Source: a virus
Taxonomy: Duplodnaviria > Caudoviricetes
Virus record (IMG/VR): IMGVR_UViG_3300024346_000006
Strand: one strand, 5' to 3'
Length of the DNA: 64,000 bases
Below are positions 22,101-31,558 of the stretch, in pieces (positions within the stretch are counted from its first letter, which is position 1; the number at the start of each line of letters is the position of its first letter). A program made the translations under genes and the position numbers. The notes beneath the pieces are model-generated. The model ran no database searches. It was not told where the DNA came from and saw only the letters and a list, made by a program, of their open reading frames with translations.

Positions 22101-23093
22101 GGTTCTTCTTGCAAGTACATCGGTAATTACTGAATATTCTGTGTTTCTAACATGTGTTTTAATAATACCGTCTTGAACAGTAATAATTTCTATAAAGTTT
22201 TCTGTTGTTGGGGTATCTAGTGCTCTTTTAGTCCATACGAGATTAATTCGATATCTATCGGCGCCTGGAGCGTTGTAGTTTGTTGTGCCTTGTGCGTTAT
22301 CAAAAAGAGATGGATCTTCATTCGCACTTACAACGGTTTCTTGTATTTCAAAACCAATTTTATAACTAGGAGTATCATCATATTTGTCTAGAATTACACT
22401 TTGCGATTGGTTTTTAACCATAAACCCCTGAGTGAAATAAATTCCCTCTTCAACAAATGCAATAGAACCCTTACCTAAAGGATTTGCATGATCAGCACTG
22501 AGTGCAACCGTTGCGATTAAATTTAAACCATCATCATTGGTTGCAGTAAGTACCTCTCCCTCTACAAAGGATGAAGTGTCACCTTCTTTTAAATTTACAG
22601 TGTTTCCGTTAACAACAAAATCAATTCCATTTTCATCATCAATTACAAGTGAAATACCATCTACCACTCTTTGGCCGCCTGCAACACCATCAAGATATTT
22701 TACAAATAATGTTGTTGGTTCATCATTACTATCAATCAGCTGATCTTGATTTAAATCAACAGCATCAGTATAAGAAACGACAATCGCCCTAATCCCCGTT
22801 TTATTACCTTGAATTACTTTACCAACAAATTCAGCAGCGGTAGTAAGTCCTTCCGCAAGAGTCACTTTGATATAAGGAACAGCAACATCAACAGCAGAAC
22901 TGCCGGGGATAACCATAGAACCTTCTTTAAAGAAGTGGTCGCCCATATTTGCAATTTGTTGTTGTAAAATTGATTGTTGTTGTGTTAATTCTCTTGCCTG
23001 TACAGAATTTCCAGGCTTATACAATACCCTCAAATACCCTTTATCAATATCATAGTCATCATGATAGGGAGTGACGTTTAAATTTATTGCCAT
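16158..23093 (-). CDS. DUF4815/VrlC-like large structural protein (2311 aa)
   Basis: NLNVTPYHDDYD, VQARELTQQQS, APGADRY, RFKNGFVVENF, DPLAQSF and C-terminal PKVRDFRVIALA motifs. Confidence 0.85.
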   Translation of the reverse strand: MAINLNVTPYHDDYDIDKGYLRVLYKPGNSVQARELTQQQSILQQQIANMGDHFFKEGSMVIPGSSAVDVAVPYIKVTLAEGLTTAAEFVGKVIQGNKTGIRAIVVSYTDAVDLNQDQLIDSNDEPTTLFVKYLDGVAGGQRVVDGISLVIDDENGIDFVVNGNTVNLKEGDTSSFVEGEVLTATNDDGLNLIATVALSADHANPLGKGSIAFVEEGIYFTQGFMVKNQSQSVILDKYDDTPSYKIGFEIQETVVSANEDPSLFDNAQGTTNYNAPGADRYRINLVWTKRALDTPTTENFIEIITVQDGIIKTHVRNTEYSVITDVLARRTYDESGDYTVRPFNLDIREYFKENGNGGVYTMKNFEFDTEVAAKDFALKNFADEDGMADQNGNGLAHTVSALELVKFSAQNLDSTGTKYYPGSSHQFLVDAVRNYLALGVESGKAYVRGYEITKTATTYIPYKRSRENYQINNHYIPVDLGPYIYISDAKGLPLIDEEVKLVNMNTSPVITEDYTIVTSNLDDADQAYFQPVTYDEDLTFFAGGGTNLGANAYGIDVVAKAKVKAVEYFIDSDDDAIDDNYGTSTFRPSNTSVETGIWKIFLYDIEYEINPRTNVPYTMLDARSIVSNEEVVPTTLGGPIYKFGANVLTLMSLSDVQGQFTSKSLIYDRYDRDVRAINYYYNSADQFLLVKTLNSGNGLSTESGVLPSATFVTNELINEAIASGSAGTDTTSFDGNASADMTGTQARITGKFVLLSDGGASIIDTGKRFLQTVRFVDDESGRETVDTQYDVLKVYEDQVVTASGQIVLTATDDNSYFVSTQSLYLAFDRAAVNSSVGEIGRITTISFSSDRRTATLNVANLASGTTGVTVYAPIKKTSSREKIKTLRENQLHLPYTLLDLIGQTISQTDYDNVNDDNNDISLSYGVDLLGTNSSVATGVVNSSISTGANNDLILSVSNFQLPHSDVYEIKKIYDTCNVNNTSYRISIESNDRKFIHEMTEADFEFALKAYTFYETTGASPFSVGLDHTTYPTLLSIQPQLTVDGTVNPFKEEIEELWLSNVGIETPTEVPVKINDITDRYTLFSGQRHSIIQLGELELKAGTLPCGGRPIIIYSYFEHGTGDYASVDSYVNIPYHKIPSFEGVRLHSTLDFRPAAVYQQLSGYPYGKGVVSGVSDYPIDASAISADMRIYFGRADKLYMDKFGNINVKYGAPSETPVYPTDPEDGMVLYTLETLPYTGVPKDVSAKMIDNRRYTMRDIGKLDKRITNLEYYTSLNLLEKETKDLLVTDENGLDRFKNGFVVENFTGYGTANVYDSDFNASMDTGKGELRPYFTTKNIPMHLDVVNSEGFEVSGRWATLPYTSQLLIEQRKSSKTVNVNPFAIFSFKGSMVLVPSTDNWHDDPKYLDEISINDRGSTDNFEELAQRSGILGTVWGSWDINWTGATNETTGTSARTESSGNNDRTVTTTTRTWNDTGTRTRTGVTTALSETWTPVTTDKLVSSEQIPFIRTRDVYFKATGMKPNTKLFAFFDNTPVNDYVTPIKTLSITNVPPATAQYIKNNRNIFADQYGELKLRGQSTAHEVFVADIEYLDATSLKLYVLENVPGKKNSSFSLGEVLFLVERDGLSHNMGSFPNEGIVGGSTLRSDSAGTVYGNFSIPNNNQTPNDDDLKFRTGERLFKLCDQPNGNLDDSDTDTSSTYTARGIIETRQKTTVNTRSVEIVDTTTSSTENVVSELRSSSNSDFGAWRQVRGWGDPLAQSFLVDVEGGAFITSAEIFFSAKDEVVPVTLQIRNMVNGYPGQYILGEKMLDPRQDLIQLSDDGSLETIFTFDEPVYLEEATEYCLVLIANTQGYRVHVATLGQQALDGSGIISEQPYAGVFFKSQNASTWTAEQKEDLKFTLSRAKFDINKDSTLYFTNSEIDVGMSDINIMERIFDDNTMRIHKDSSLITFKVNDSSGCVPISFWQPNGYNYVTLKNFHGTYDQYRAEDLNGSHLVVATTHNSFTIDMRGFFYPDGVQTPRIAHGGTIPSVDSLFTPASNTFSQFGRKKPASWCTNVKYDLMKPNITSIELAGTGISMKFKALTGTSQDSTVAPGVKDLSFRGITPNQNYAFDRPMMVADNYNETLFDTSSNSLDKKSLIWKVDLGSNKDNLSPVVDLERIAAVLVSNVTNSAESVPAGVRGHVNTGFIDETAPHGGSAATKYLTREIKLDQTSTSLKVLASVYRPDVADVDFYYKIKTSPDQNFEKLDYVLLDRPAVYGRASRDISDFKEFDYEVRNLPEFNSIAIKIVLKSKNSSVVPKVRDFRVIALAT

Positions 23094-23127
23094 GTGTCTT
23101 TTTCTCTCAACTGGTTTTTTATTTTAA

Positions 23128-24822
23128 TTAAAATTCAAATACTACTTTAATATCTTCAATTTGATCGATGGCTCTAGAAACGGGTTGTCGGTTTTCGATG
23201 TAAAGAACTTTACCCGTACCAGTTACAATGTCAAATGTTTCTTCATCGGCAGAACCAAAATCTGGGTGTTGTGGGCCTCTATACGACTCTTCATTTGCAG
23301 GAGTTGAACCACTTTGAGTCTGTCCATCGGGGTCAGCAACAATAGCAATTTGTCTAAACTGTGCTTCAGAATCTTCAACAGGGAACATAATCTTAGTTTC
23401 TAAATTCCCCAAAGAGTTTTCTCTTGTAGACTGTTCGTCATATTCAAGTTTTATTGCAGTCATTACATAATAACCACCCAGCTCTTCTACAGGATTAAAT
23501 CCATGTCCAGTTTCTGGAGAAACAATTGGTTTTACTTTACATGCGTTAATATTTAATGTCCCATCAAAATTATTTGCAGGAACATTACCAACATCTACAG
23601 TTGCGTTGTCTACAGCAGACCAATTTGCGCCAGTACTTGTGATGACAATTTTTTCAATTCTTTGATCTACAACAAGTCCATACGCACTAAAAGAAGAACC
23701 ATTACCAGAAATATTAACGCCAGGCGCAACAAGAATATCTCTACCAGCACCACCAGTAAAGGAACCATTTACAGTTGCGGTTGCAGTTGTACCAGAAAGA
23801 CTCCAGTTTACAATTCTAAACTGTTCCTGATTTCCAAGGTCAACTAAATCATAACCAGTATAATCTGTTGCACCATCAACACCAGCGATGGTAACTTGAT
23901 TGCCAGTTAGTGTAACAGAACCTGTTTGTTGAATATTTGGATGATACCCCAATCCTCCACCAATTGCACCACCCTCTTCGTTTGGCATGATTTTTACATG
24001 TTCAATCTGGCCAGGATTTGGTTGTGATGCGGCCAGTTTAATATCCCATTGCACCTGAGCAGCGGTTCCTGGCGCAACTGGATTTTCTAGAAGATTTTTG
24101 ACTGGAATATAATCTTTTGTCAAAAACTTAAGAGAATCTTGAAGGTCGATTGCATACATAAATTTCCATTTATAACCATCTGCAGTCTCTTCAATTTCAG
24201 TTCCAGTAGTTGATGGTTGAATTGTCGAAGCAACTGTAGTCACCGTTTGTGCAGCAGCATCATATTTTTGGTTATTAATACACTTATAAACATTAAATTG
24301 ATTTCCAGATGCAACAATCACATATCCATTAGGAATAATTTCTTCTGGGTTATCGTGTTCGTACATAGTGTACACTCTTCCAGAAGTCCAGTTGATTCTT
24401 GGAATTGCAAGAGTCATATCACTATAGTTGACTTTCTTAAGTGCAATTGTATCGTATTTGAATCTGTACGAATAACCAATAGAATCTTCTGGTGTCGGTG
24501 GGTTTGAATCATTTAACCACGGAGTTTGTTTACCAATTGCCATATAAAGCATATTGTAAACCGATTGTCCTTGATGGGCCCACTGTACAGTACCATCTTG
24601 GAGAGTATCTGGTGTCGGGCCACCCCCATCACCAGCAGAAAGACCACTTGTGGAAGCGCCACTAATATTTCCTAGTGCAATAAATGAGTTCTGGTTGTTA
24701 ACCACAACATCACCTTCTGCATAGGTATAGTTAGGTTTCCAATTAGGTGCGGATCTGTTAATTGATTGCAAGAATTCCATTGCATTGAAAATTCTTAATT
24801 TGTTTGTAATAATCGCTGCCAT
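23128..24822 (-). CDS. gp8: Baseplate wedge subunit gp8
   Basis: MAAIITNKLRIFNA, IPRINWTSG, VYKCINN, DGYKWKFMY, LYIENRQPVSRAIDQIEDIKVVFEF. Confidence 0.9.
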   Translation of the reverse strand: MAAIITNKLRIFNAMEFLQSINRSAPNWKPNYTYAEGDVVVNNQNSFIALGNISGASTSGLSAGDGGGPTPDTLQDGTVQWAHQGQSVYNMLYMAIGKQTPWLNDSNPPTPEDSIGYSYRFKYDTIALKKVNYSDMTLAIPRINWTSGRVYTMYEHDNPEEIIPNGYVIVASGNQFNVYKCINNQKYDAAAQTVTTVASTIQPSTTGTEIEETADGYKWKFMYAIDLQDSLKFLTKDYIPVKNLLENPVAPGTAAQVQWDIKLAASQPNPGQIEHVKIMPNEEGGAIGGGLGYHPNIQQTGSVTLTGNQVTIAGVDGATDYTGYDLVDLGNQEQFRIVNWSLSGTTATATVNGSFTGGAGRDILVAPGVNISGNGSSFSAYGLVVDQRIEKIVITSTGANWSAVDNATVDVGNVPANNFDGTLNINACKVKPIVSPETGHGFNPVEELGGYYVMTAIKLEYDEQSTRENSLGNLETKIMFPVEDSEAQFRQIAIVADPDGQTQSGSTPANEESYRGPQHPDFGSADEETFDIVTGTGKVLYIENRQPVSRAIDQIEDIKVVFEF

Positions 24823-24856
24823 TTTTTTACCTTTTTCGTGTCATGAATTTTAATAC

Positions 24857-24864
24857 TATTTATA
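24857..24864 (-). promoter_or_regulatory. T4-type late promoter TATAAATA
   Basis: Exact consensus between gp7 and gp8. Confidence 0.7.
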
Positions 24865-24873
24865 ATTTATTTT

Positions 24874-27800
24874 TTAGTCTTTTAGAACAATCTGTTCATT
24901 TAATTCTTCAATGGTTGTTGGATTCGTATTATACAGTACAATAGATGATTCTGGTGCGACATTTGACTTATCATGAATATGTTCTGCCTGATACTTTATA
25001 AAGGTATTTAAGTCCAATAAATTTTCGTCATAGTCGATTCTATCTACATTATAATCAAGTCCTGATTGTAATCTATCATTAAATTTTATTCTCTCAATTG
25101 TTAAATTTGTAGGGCCAAGTCTTTTTCTAGTTGGGACATCTGGTTCCTCTTCACTCATTACCAAGAATACAGGTGTAATATTAATAAACGAATCTAAAAC
25201 CGCACGATATTTGTTATCCGCAAGTTTTACAATGTCTTCAATTATAGTATTTCTCCAATTATGATCCGTTCCATCTGTATTTGCAATCCAATCATTATCT
25301 GTTACATCTACTGGTAAGTGATACCAAATTCCAAGTCCTTCTGCCTTTGCAGGAATATGTGTCAATCCATTTCCATTTACAATTGGTCGCTTTATTAGAT
25401 ATGGAGAATTATCCATTTCTCTCTGAGGACTAAACAGTAATGGTCTCAACCTTTCCCAAGGGAATCTGGAAGTAAAGTAAAACTTAAACCTTTCTAGTGA
25501 CCTGTATGTGGTGTGCAATGTAGGCAGGTCTCCAGTATAGTTTTTGTAGAACATATACTTACCTGTTATATTTATCACCATTTTTTCATCTCTTGGATTT
25601 GCACCATCTGCAATAGCACCAACCCAATAGTTTGGTTGTCTGTTTACATTCCCACGCCAAATGTTGTCCCATCTAAACTCAACTCTATTCTGAGGAGCAG
25701 TAGAAGGAAGTTCTCTATAAGAATGAATAATCTTCACATCAAAAACTGCAATTCTGTCAAGATAATCTGGGTCTAGTTCTACACTCTCTACAACATACTT
25801 TGCCCAAGGCCTTACATTTATCCATTCGTCATTAGTCATACTCTCATCAGATGTATCGTATATTGTAAATGTGTTACCAAGAATTTTAGATGACCAATAG
25901 TGTCCATAATCTTTTCCATACGCATCTTTGTAGTTGATTGCGATTTTCTTTACATCTGACCAACGCAAAGCATTATTTCCATTTTCATCCAATAATGCAT
26001 ATCTACCAGACCCACTATCTACTGTTGCAGCACCGACTGTATCATCAGATATTTCTCCAGTTCCTACACCCTGATAAAGGCCGTCAATTTCACTGTCAAT
26101 ACTAAGTTGACGATTATCATATACAAAATAATAACCATGAGAGTTTAAATCGTTGATATCAGTTTGTTCGGCAGTAGCATATGTCCATCTTCCACTACCA
26201 TCCATATTACGCATTCTTAAATTAACATTTTTAATAATCTCGTACATGAGTTCACGATATGCAACTCCAAGTCCTTTTCTTACAGAAGTCTTAGTTAGAG
26301 TAGTAAATTCTCCAAACATCATCAAACCAGCTGGGTGAATAATCTTCTTAACAATTCTTCTCCACTCATCAATATATCTGTTTACTTTTATAACATAAGA
26401 ATAATCCTGCCATAGATAACCATCATGAATACGATTATCATCCGAAACAAATCCTTGTTGGTTGACATAAACACCATCACGAACACATAGAGGCCCAGTT
26501 AGTAATTTAATGGATGCCTGACCGTTACCATAACTACTCAAATCGATTTCTGGTGGTGTATCATAACCAACTCCAAATCCATCAAAATCTTCTCTAAATG
26601 GATTTGAATATATTTCTAATCTATTAATCTTACCAATATCTTTTCCAAGTCCTCGTAAGACTCCACTTTGACCTGTAGAAGTGTATGACAAGGTTTCTCT
26701 TGACACATTTCCATATGGATATCTAATATAACCTTCACCACCTGTAATAAGTCTAGTGGTTTCGATACCAGACTTTGGAATTTCTTCCCATTCAACAGTT
26801 AGTGTATGGGCATCAGGCAATTGATATTGTGCCATAGTATCATCCAGAGTTTGAGGATTATCTACCCACCTTCTCAACCTGATTTTATTTGGTTCTACTA
26901 AAGATTCACTATTGAATATTACATATTCAAGTTTGTCTGCCAATGCACCATAATATCTAATCATTACAGTTTCACCAGCAACCAATGGATCTGTGAAAGT
27001 TATCGCAGTACCAGTTGTTGCATCATACTCTGATGGATCAAGTTCAACATAATTTTTCCACAAACCATCAATCCAGATATAATAATTATCTGCCCACTCC
27101 CATATCAACTGATCTATAGGATTTGTTGGGAATGAGTCTGGAATGTTTTCTGGTGTAATAATACTATCTGTAACTTTGAATATTCCCACTGCAGAGTCAG
27201 CGTCATAAAATAATTCAACAACCGTTTCTCCACCAACAGCATTAACTCTTTCTACATATCTAGATGACTGTCTGATATTTTGTTTAAAAGGAATTGGATT
27301 GACATGGGCTGGACTTATTCCATTACCAGAAACGGGGTTCTGTGTTCCTTTGTCTTCTATTGTAACACCAGTTGAAGATCCCGATGCATCTAACAACGAA
27401 AAGTTTGCAGCGTCTTGACTGTGTGCGCCAAATCCCCACTGAATTGCACCTTCAAATTTATTCAAGTCTGGGTTTGTGCTCAAATCAACATAAAGTGTAG
27501 TTGAAGAATCTAAAGAAGTTGACCCATTCTGAGAAGTAGTTGCGTATATATTCGCACCATTTTTGATTACTTTTACTTTTGTAGCACCGTTTGCACTCCA
27601 CCCACCAGAAATAAACGGAACATTAGATGAAGAAAGGACAACTTGATCAGACTGTAGGTAATTATATACCAATCCCCAACCAATTGAAGGGGAGGTTCCT
27701 CCCATATTTCTAACTGCACTTAAAGTATATTCTTTATATCCAGCGTCTGTAGGTTGAAGTCCATTAGTTACAAATCCAATCACTAGTGCAAGTGTATCAT

Positions 27801-30800
27801 CGTCAGCTGAAGTACTTGTCAAAACGGATTCAAATTCTAAGTTTGTTGCAGGAGTTGGACTAATAAAACCAGTAAAACTACCTGTGTTTGCGGTACATTC
27901 AATACTATTTGTACTGGAGTTATAAATCCATGCAGACAAATCGCTGGGGGTTGCTTGATATGATGATCCACCAGAATGTGAAAATCTATACCAATCATCA
28001 AATGCTGCTTCTACTGCTGCAGGATCTCCTTCCAAATTAATATTAGACTCATAACTGGCAACATATCTCTCTCCTTTAGTCATTCTGAATGCCCCAAAGA
28101 AACCAAGGGTATAATCATTCATAATTACTAAAGAATTTCCATCTACAATCTGTCTTGCACCAATGTAGAAATTTGAATTTGTACTATAATTTAACATATT
28201 GACGCCAGGGATAGTGTTTTCTAATATGCCGTTCAAATAGATAGAAGTTCCGTCATTAGAAAAATGAACTGCAATATGGTTCCATTCTCCAAATGGTACT
28301 GACCTTGTGCCAAGTGTATTGCCAGAAGAATCTATTAAATCAATTGTACCATCATATTTTTGCCAAAGAGTCAGATGCTGAGTGCCACCATCTTCACTAT
28401 TGATTGCAAAGATAACACCGCCCGGCGAATCTATATTTGTAATAGAGATAGATTTTCTGAAATACCAAAAGTCTATTGTCAGTTCTTTATTGGTTAACTC
28501 AGTATCAAATTTTAGATCGATGTTATCACTTCTTAACCATCCATAGTCTGTGTATAGTGCGTGATCTCCAACTTTCGAAAGACCTGCCTTAAATCCTTCT
28601 TTTAAGTATTGATGCGCTAACTTATAACCTTTAATTTTAAAATTTTGTCCTTCAAGATAATTAGTGCCTGGTTGATGTGGTGTAACAGTATACACACCAT
28701 TGTTGATACTGACATCAAAGGTTGCACCATAACCATTAGACATAACACTGACTAAATTTTCATTCTTGTTTAGATTTTCTGGCGATGAGTTAATCGCCGT
28801 TCCAGTAATATTTCCAATCTGCAATATACCACCATTATCATCAATCTTAATTACATCAAAAACTAAATCATTAATTCCATCAACACCACCCAACTCACTA
28901 CCAAGTATTGTAATTGAATCACCAACAGAATAATTAATTCCATTAAATCTTGATGCAGGGTGTGCCACATAATATGTTGTTCCATCTCTTCTAATGAAAT
29001 TAAATATTGCACCAGTTCCAGAAGTTCCCCCATTTTGATTGGAAGCGGTATACTGTGGTGCATAGTAATACGAGTATCCATTTGGCATTGGAGTCGTTGG
29101 ATTTAAAACTTGAAATGTTGCTATATGTCCACTTATTAGATTTGCAAAAACTTCAAAATCTTCAATTCGGCCTTCATCGTTAACTTCTGTCACAGTAATT
29201 GTTATATCATTATCTCCATCAGTACCGCCCACAACAGAACCTAAAATTGTAAACCGATCTCCAACAATATAATTTGTAGTTGGTGATAAATTTCCTTGTG
29301 CATCTGCATCACTCAAAAGAACAGAAAGGTTTTGAGGATAACTAGGTTCGTCTGTATCGACATCCCACACAGCACCCGAACCAATCCTAGAGGTTGTAGT
29401 ATATGAGGATGAGTCTATGTTTAAGTAGGCTGCACCACCCGCAACCGTTAATACTTTTATAAAGATATCATGAACGCCGGACACACCATTATAAAATTGT
29501 TCGCCGTTAATTTTAATAAAATCGCCAGGAACATAATGTTTAGAAGTTTCTTGACTTCCTAAAGTGACAGAAGTTATTACATTATCAAGATATGCAACAT
29601 CAAATAATGCGCCCACACCCTTACCTTGATGATAGGTTGCAGTTTGGTTTCTTACATCTGCAACTTGTGGGAAAACATTAGTTGGACTTGCTAAGTTGTT
29701 TGTAATTGCAACTCCAGTAATGCCACCAAATTCATTTACAGATGTAACTTGAAACTCTAAGTCGGTTCTTAATCTATATTCCGTAGGGTCACCTTCATTT
29801 AAATTTGCAATTATAAATGGTGGTTCTTCAACTGGAGTTAGAGTACTTCTATAAGTCGAAGATATCTCTCCAGTTTTATAATCTTTTACAGCAGTAAAAA
29901 ATGTTTGCACCTGATGTGTAATTTTTCTATTATAAATGTCTTCATAATCGTATAGATAAAAAACATCATCGTAGAGATAATCTACATTCTCAATCGCAAC
30001 AGATGGATTTTGAGCTCTGGGTCCAAAATCATAACCAGACAATCCAATATCAAATGACATGACTGGATATTCCAAACTTTCTGGGTTTTGAAAAAATGAA
30101 ACACTAAAATTATTTTTTACGGATTGAATAGAACTAATTTGCCCAATAGCATATGAACCCAATGTATTACCATTTTGAAACTCAATTGTTTCTCCAGTAA
30201 TATACTGGTCTCCATTATTGACAATTTTTATGTTTTCAACTGGGCCAAAAGAGGTATGTGCGATTTTTGCAGCAAAACCATAACCACTTCCATTTGAAGA
30301 TAAATTATTTTGTAGTGTCAATTTTCTCGGCATATCTTCGCCAGGATTTTCTATTTCAAATCCTACAACACATTCATACAGTGTTTCTTCGAAAATAGAA
30401 GAATCTGATTGTTTTATTCTTACGGATTCTTTACTAGAAAACTCACCATCGATTGAACTAATTACATATTCACGAACTTTATAGTCGCCTAAAGTATAAT
30501 CATTAAAGTATTCGATATTTGCAGAGGCCCCACTGGTTAAACCTTCAATAAACAGTGGTTGATTAATCTTAATTGTGCCCTCGTATGGAGTGGTTCTAAG
30601 ACTCGTTAATGTTTGCCAAGTATTTGAACTTGGTTTTAACAAGTTTTCTTTTGGATAATATATTTCTATATCTTCATTAAACAACGCCCTAAACAAAAAC
30701 TTATAAGAACTTTCACTACCTTTTTGTTTATAAAACTTATTAATTAACTTTAAAAAGTTTCTTTCGTTAGTATATCTGGTTTTTTCTTTTCCACCCTCTT

Positions 30801-31539
30801 CGACTAATTTTAATATTGCAGCTTCAGTATCTGCGTCTGCAACAGGACTTATAAAAGTTCTCAAATAAAATCTGATTTTTATAATATCACGATTATCGTG
30901 AACAATCGGGTGGTTATTTTCGTCTTGGAAAAAAATAGAATTTTCTAAAAGTCTATAATCAACTCCCTCAATTAACTCAACCCAATCACCAGTACTTTCA
31001 GATGGGTCATCATTGGGGGGTGTTAAATTCTCTACGACTTCATTTAAAGATTCACCAACTCTTCCAGTAAAATTGACATCATTTATAAAGACTCGTATCT
31101 TAGTAACTTTTGTATCTACATCTTGATCTGAAAAATAATAAAACGGATTAAAATAATCCATTACATATTTTGCAGAAAGGCCATCAGTAAAAAATTCTTG
31201 GTCAGCAGTAGTATCTATAGATGTTTCTGCAGCATCGCCATTGTTTGCTTCCTGCAAAATTTCAGTTGCGATTTGAGTATTTGATTTAATCTTAGTAATT
31301 GTCGGCCATGCACCAGCAAGTTCAGACCTAAACTCTTGAACAAAGATATCAAAAGTTTCATCCAAATCTGTTAGAGAAGTAAGCTTTCCAGTGACATTAC
31401 TAACGTTGTCATCTAACGCCAACCATTCATAATACAATTCTAAAAAACGAACAAAGTTATCATACTCACTACTGTTCAAATAAGTAGGAAGTTGTTCTCT
31501 TATCCTAGATGCAATATTTTGTAAATTAGTTCTATCCAT
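24874..31539 (-). CDS. gp7: Baseplate wedge initiator gp7-like, with LamG/lectin-like insertions (2221 aa)
   Basis: FVRFLELYYEWL, FYKQKGSESSYKFLFRALF, DGYLWQDYSYVIK, IIHPAGLMMFG; lies between gp6 and gp8. Confidence 0.85.
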   Translation of the reverse strand: MDRTNLQNIASRIREQLPTYLNSSEYDNFVRFLELYYEWLALDDNVSNVTGKLTSLTDLDETFDIFVQEFRSELAGAWPTITKIKSNTQIATEILQEANNGDAAETSIDTTADQEFFTDGLSAKYVMDYFNPFYYFSDQDVDTKVTKIRVFINDVNFTGRVGESLNEVVENLTPPNDDPSESTGDWVELIEGVDYRLLENSIFFQDENNHPIVHDNRDIIKIRFYLRTFISPVADADTEAAILKLVEEGGKEKTRYTNERNFLKLINKFYKQKGSESSYKFLFRALFNEDIEIYYPKENLLKPSSNTWQTLTSLRTTPYEGTIKINQPLFIEGLTSGASANIEYFNDYTLGDYKVREYVISSIDGEFSSKESVRIKQSDSSIFEETLYECVVGFEIENPGEDMPRKLTLQNNLSSNGSGYGFAAKIAHTSFGPVENIKIVNNGDQYITGETIEFQNGNTLGSYAIGQISSIQSVKNNFSVSFFQNPESLEYPVMSFDIGLSGYDFGPRAQNPSVAIENVDYLYDDVFYLYDYEDIYNRKITHQVQTFFTAVKDYKTGEISSTYRSTLTPVEEPPFIIANLNEGDPTEYRLRTDLEFQVTSVNEFGGITGVAITNNLASPTNVFPQVADVRNQTATYHQGKGVGALFDVAYLDNVITSVTLGSQETSKHYVPGDFIKINGEQFYNGVSGVHDIFIKVLTVAGGAAYLNIDSSSYTTTSRIGSGAVWDVDTDEPSYPQNLSVLLSDADAQGNLSPTTNYIVGDRFTILGSVVGGTDGDNDITITVTEVNDEGRIEDFEVFANLISGHIATFQVLNPTTPMPNGYSYYYAPQYTASNQNGGTSGTGAIFNFIRRDGTTYYVAHPASRFNGINYSVGDSITILGSELGGVDGINDLVFDVIKIDDNGGILQIGNITGTAINSSPENLNKNENLVSVMSNGYGATFDVSINNGVYTVTPHQPGTNYLEGQNFKIKGYKLAHQYLKEGFKAGLSKVGDHALYTDYGWLRSDNIDLKFDTELTNKELTIDFWYFRKSISITNIDSPGGVIFAINSEDGGTQHLTLWQKYDGTIDLIDSSGNTLGTRSVPFGEWNHIAVHFSNDGTSIYLNGILENTIPGVNMLNYSTNSNFYIGARQIVDGNSLVIMNDYTLGFFGAFRMTKGERYVASYESNINLEGDPAAVEAAFDDWYRFSHSGGSSYQATPSDLSAWIYNSSTNSIECTANTGSFTGFISPTPATNLEFESVLTSTSADDDTLALVIGFVTNGLQPTDAGYKEYTLSAVRNMGGTSPSIGWGLVYNYLQSDQVVLSSSNVPFISGGWSANGATKVKVIKNGANIYATTSQNGSTSLDSSTTLYVDLSTNPDLNKFEGAIQWGFGAHSQDAANFSLLDASGSSTGVTIEDKGTQNPVSGNGISPAHVNPIPFKQNIRQSSRYVERVNAVGGETVVELFYDADSAVGIFKVTDSIITPENIPDSFPTNPIDQLIWEWADNYYIWIDGLWKNYVELDPSEYDATTGTAITFTDPLVAGETVMIRYYGALADKLEYVIFNSESLVEPNKIRLRRWVDNPQTLDDTMAQYQLPDAHTLTVEWEEIPKSGIETTRLITGGEGYIRYPYGNVSRETLSYTSTGQSGVLRGLGKDIGKINRLEIYSNPFREDFDGFGVGYDTPPEIDLSSYGNGQASIKLLTGPLCVRDGVYVNQQGFVSDDNRIHDGYLWQDYSYVIKVNRYIDEWRRIVKKIIHPAGLMMFGEFTTLTKTSVRKGLGVAYRELMYEIIKNVNLRMRNMDGSGRWTYATAEQTDINDLNSHGYYFVYDNRQLSIDSEIDGLYQGVGTGEISDDTVGAATVDSGSGRYALLDENGNNALRWSDVKKIAINYKDAYGKDYGHYWSSKILGNTFTIYDTSDESMTNDEWINVRPWAKYVVESVELDPDYLDRIAVFDVKIIHSYRELPSTAPQNRVEFRWDNIWRGNVNRQPNYWVGAIADGANPRDEKMVINITGKYMFYKNYTGDLPTLHTTYRSLERFKFYFTSRFPWERLRPLLFSPQREMDNSPYLIKRPIVNGNGLTHIPAKAEGLGIWYHLPVDVTDNDWIANTDGTDHNWRNTIIEDIVKLADNKYRAVLDSFINITPVFLVMSEEEPDVPTRKRLGPTNLTIERIKFNDRLQSGLDYNVDRIDYDENLLDLNTFIKYQAEHIHDKSNVAPESSIVLYNTNPTTIEELNEQIVLKD

Positions 31540-31558
31540 TTAATTTAACTTCTGCTTG

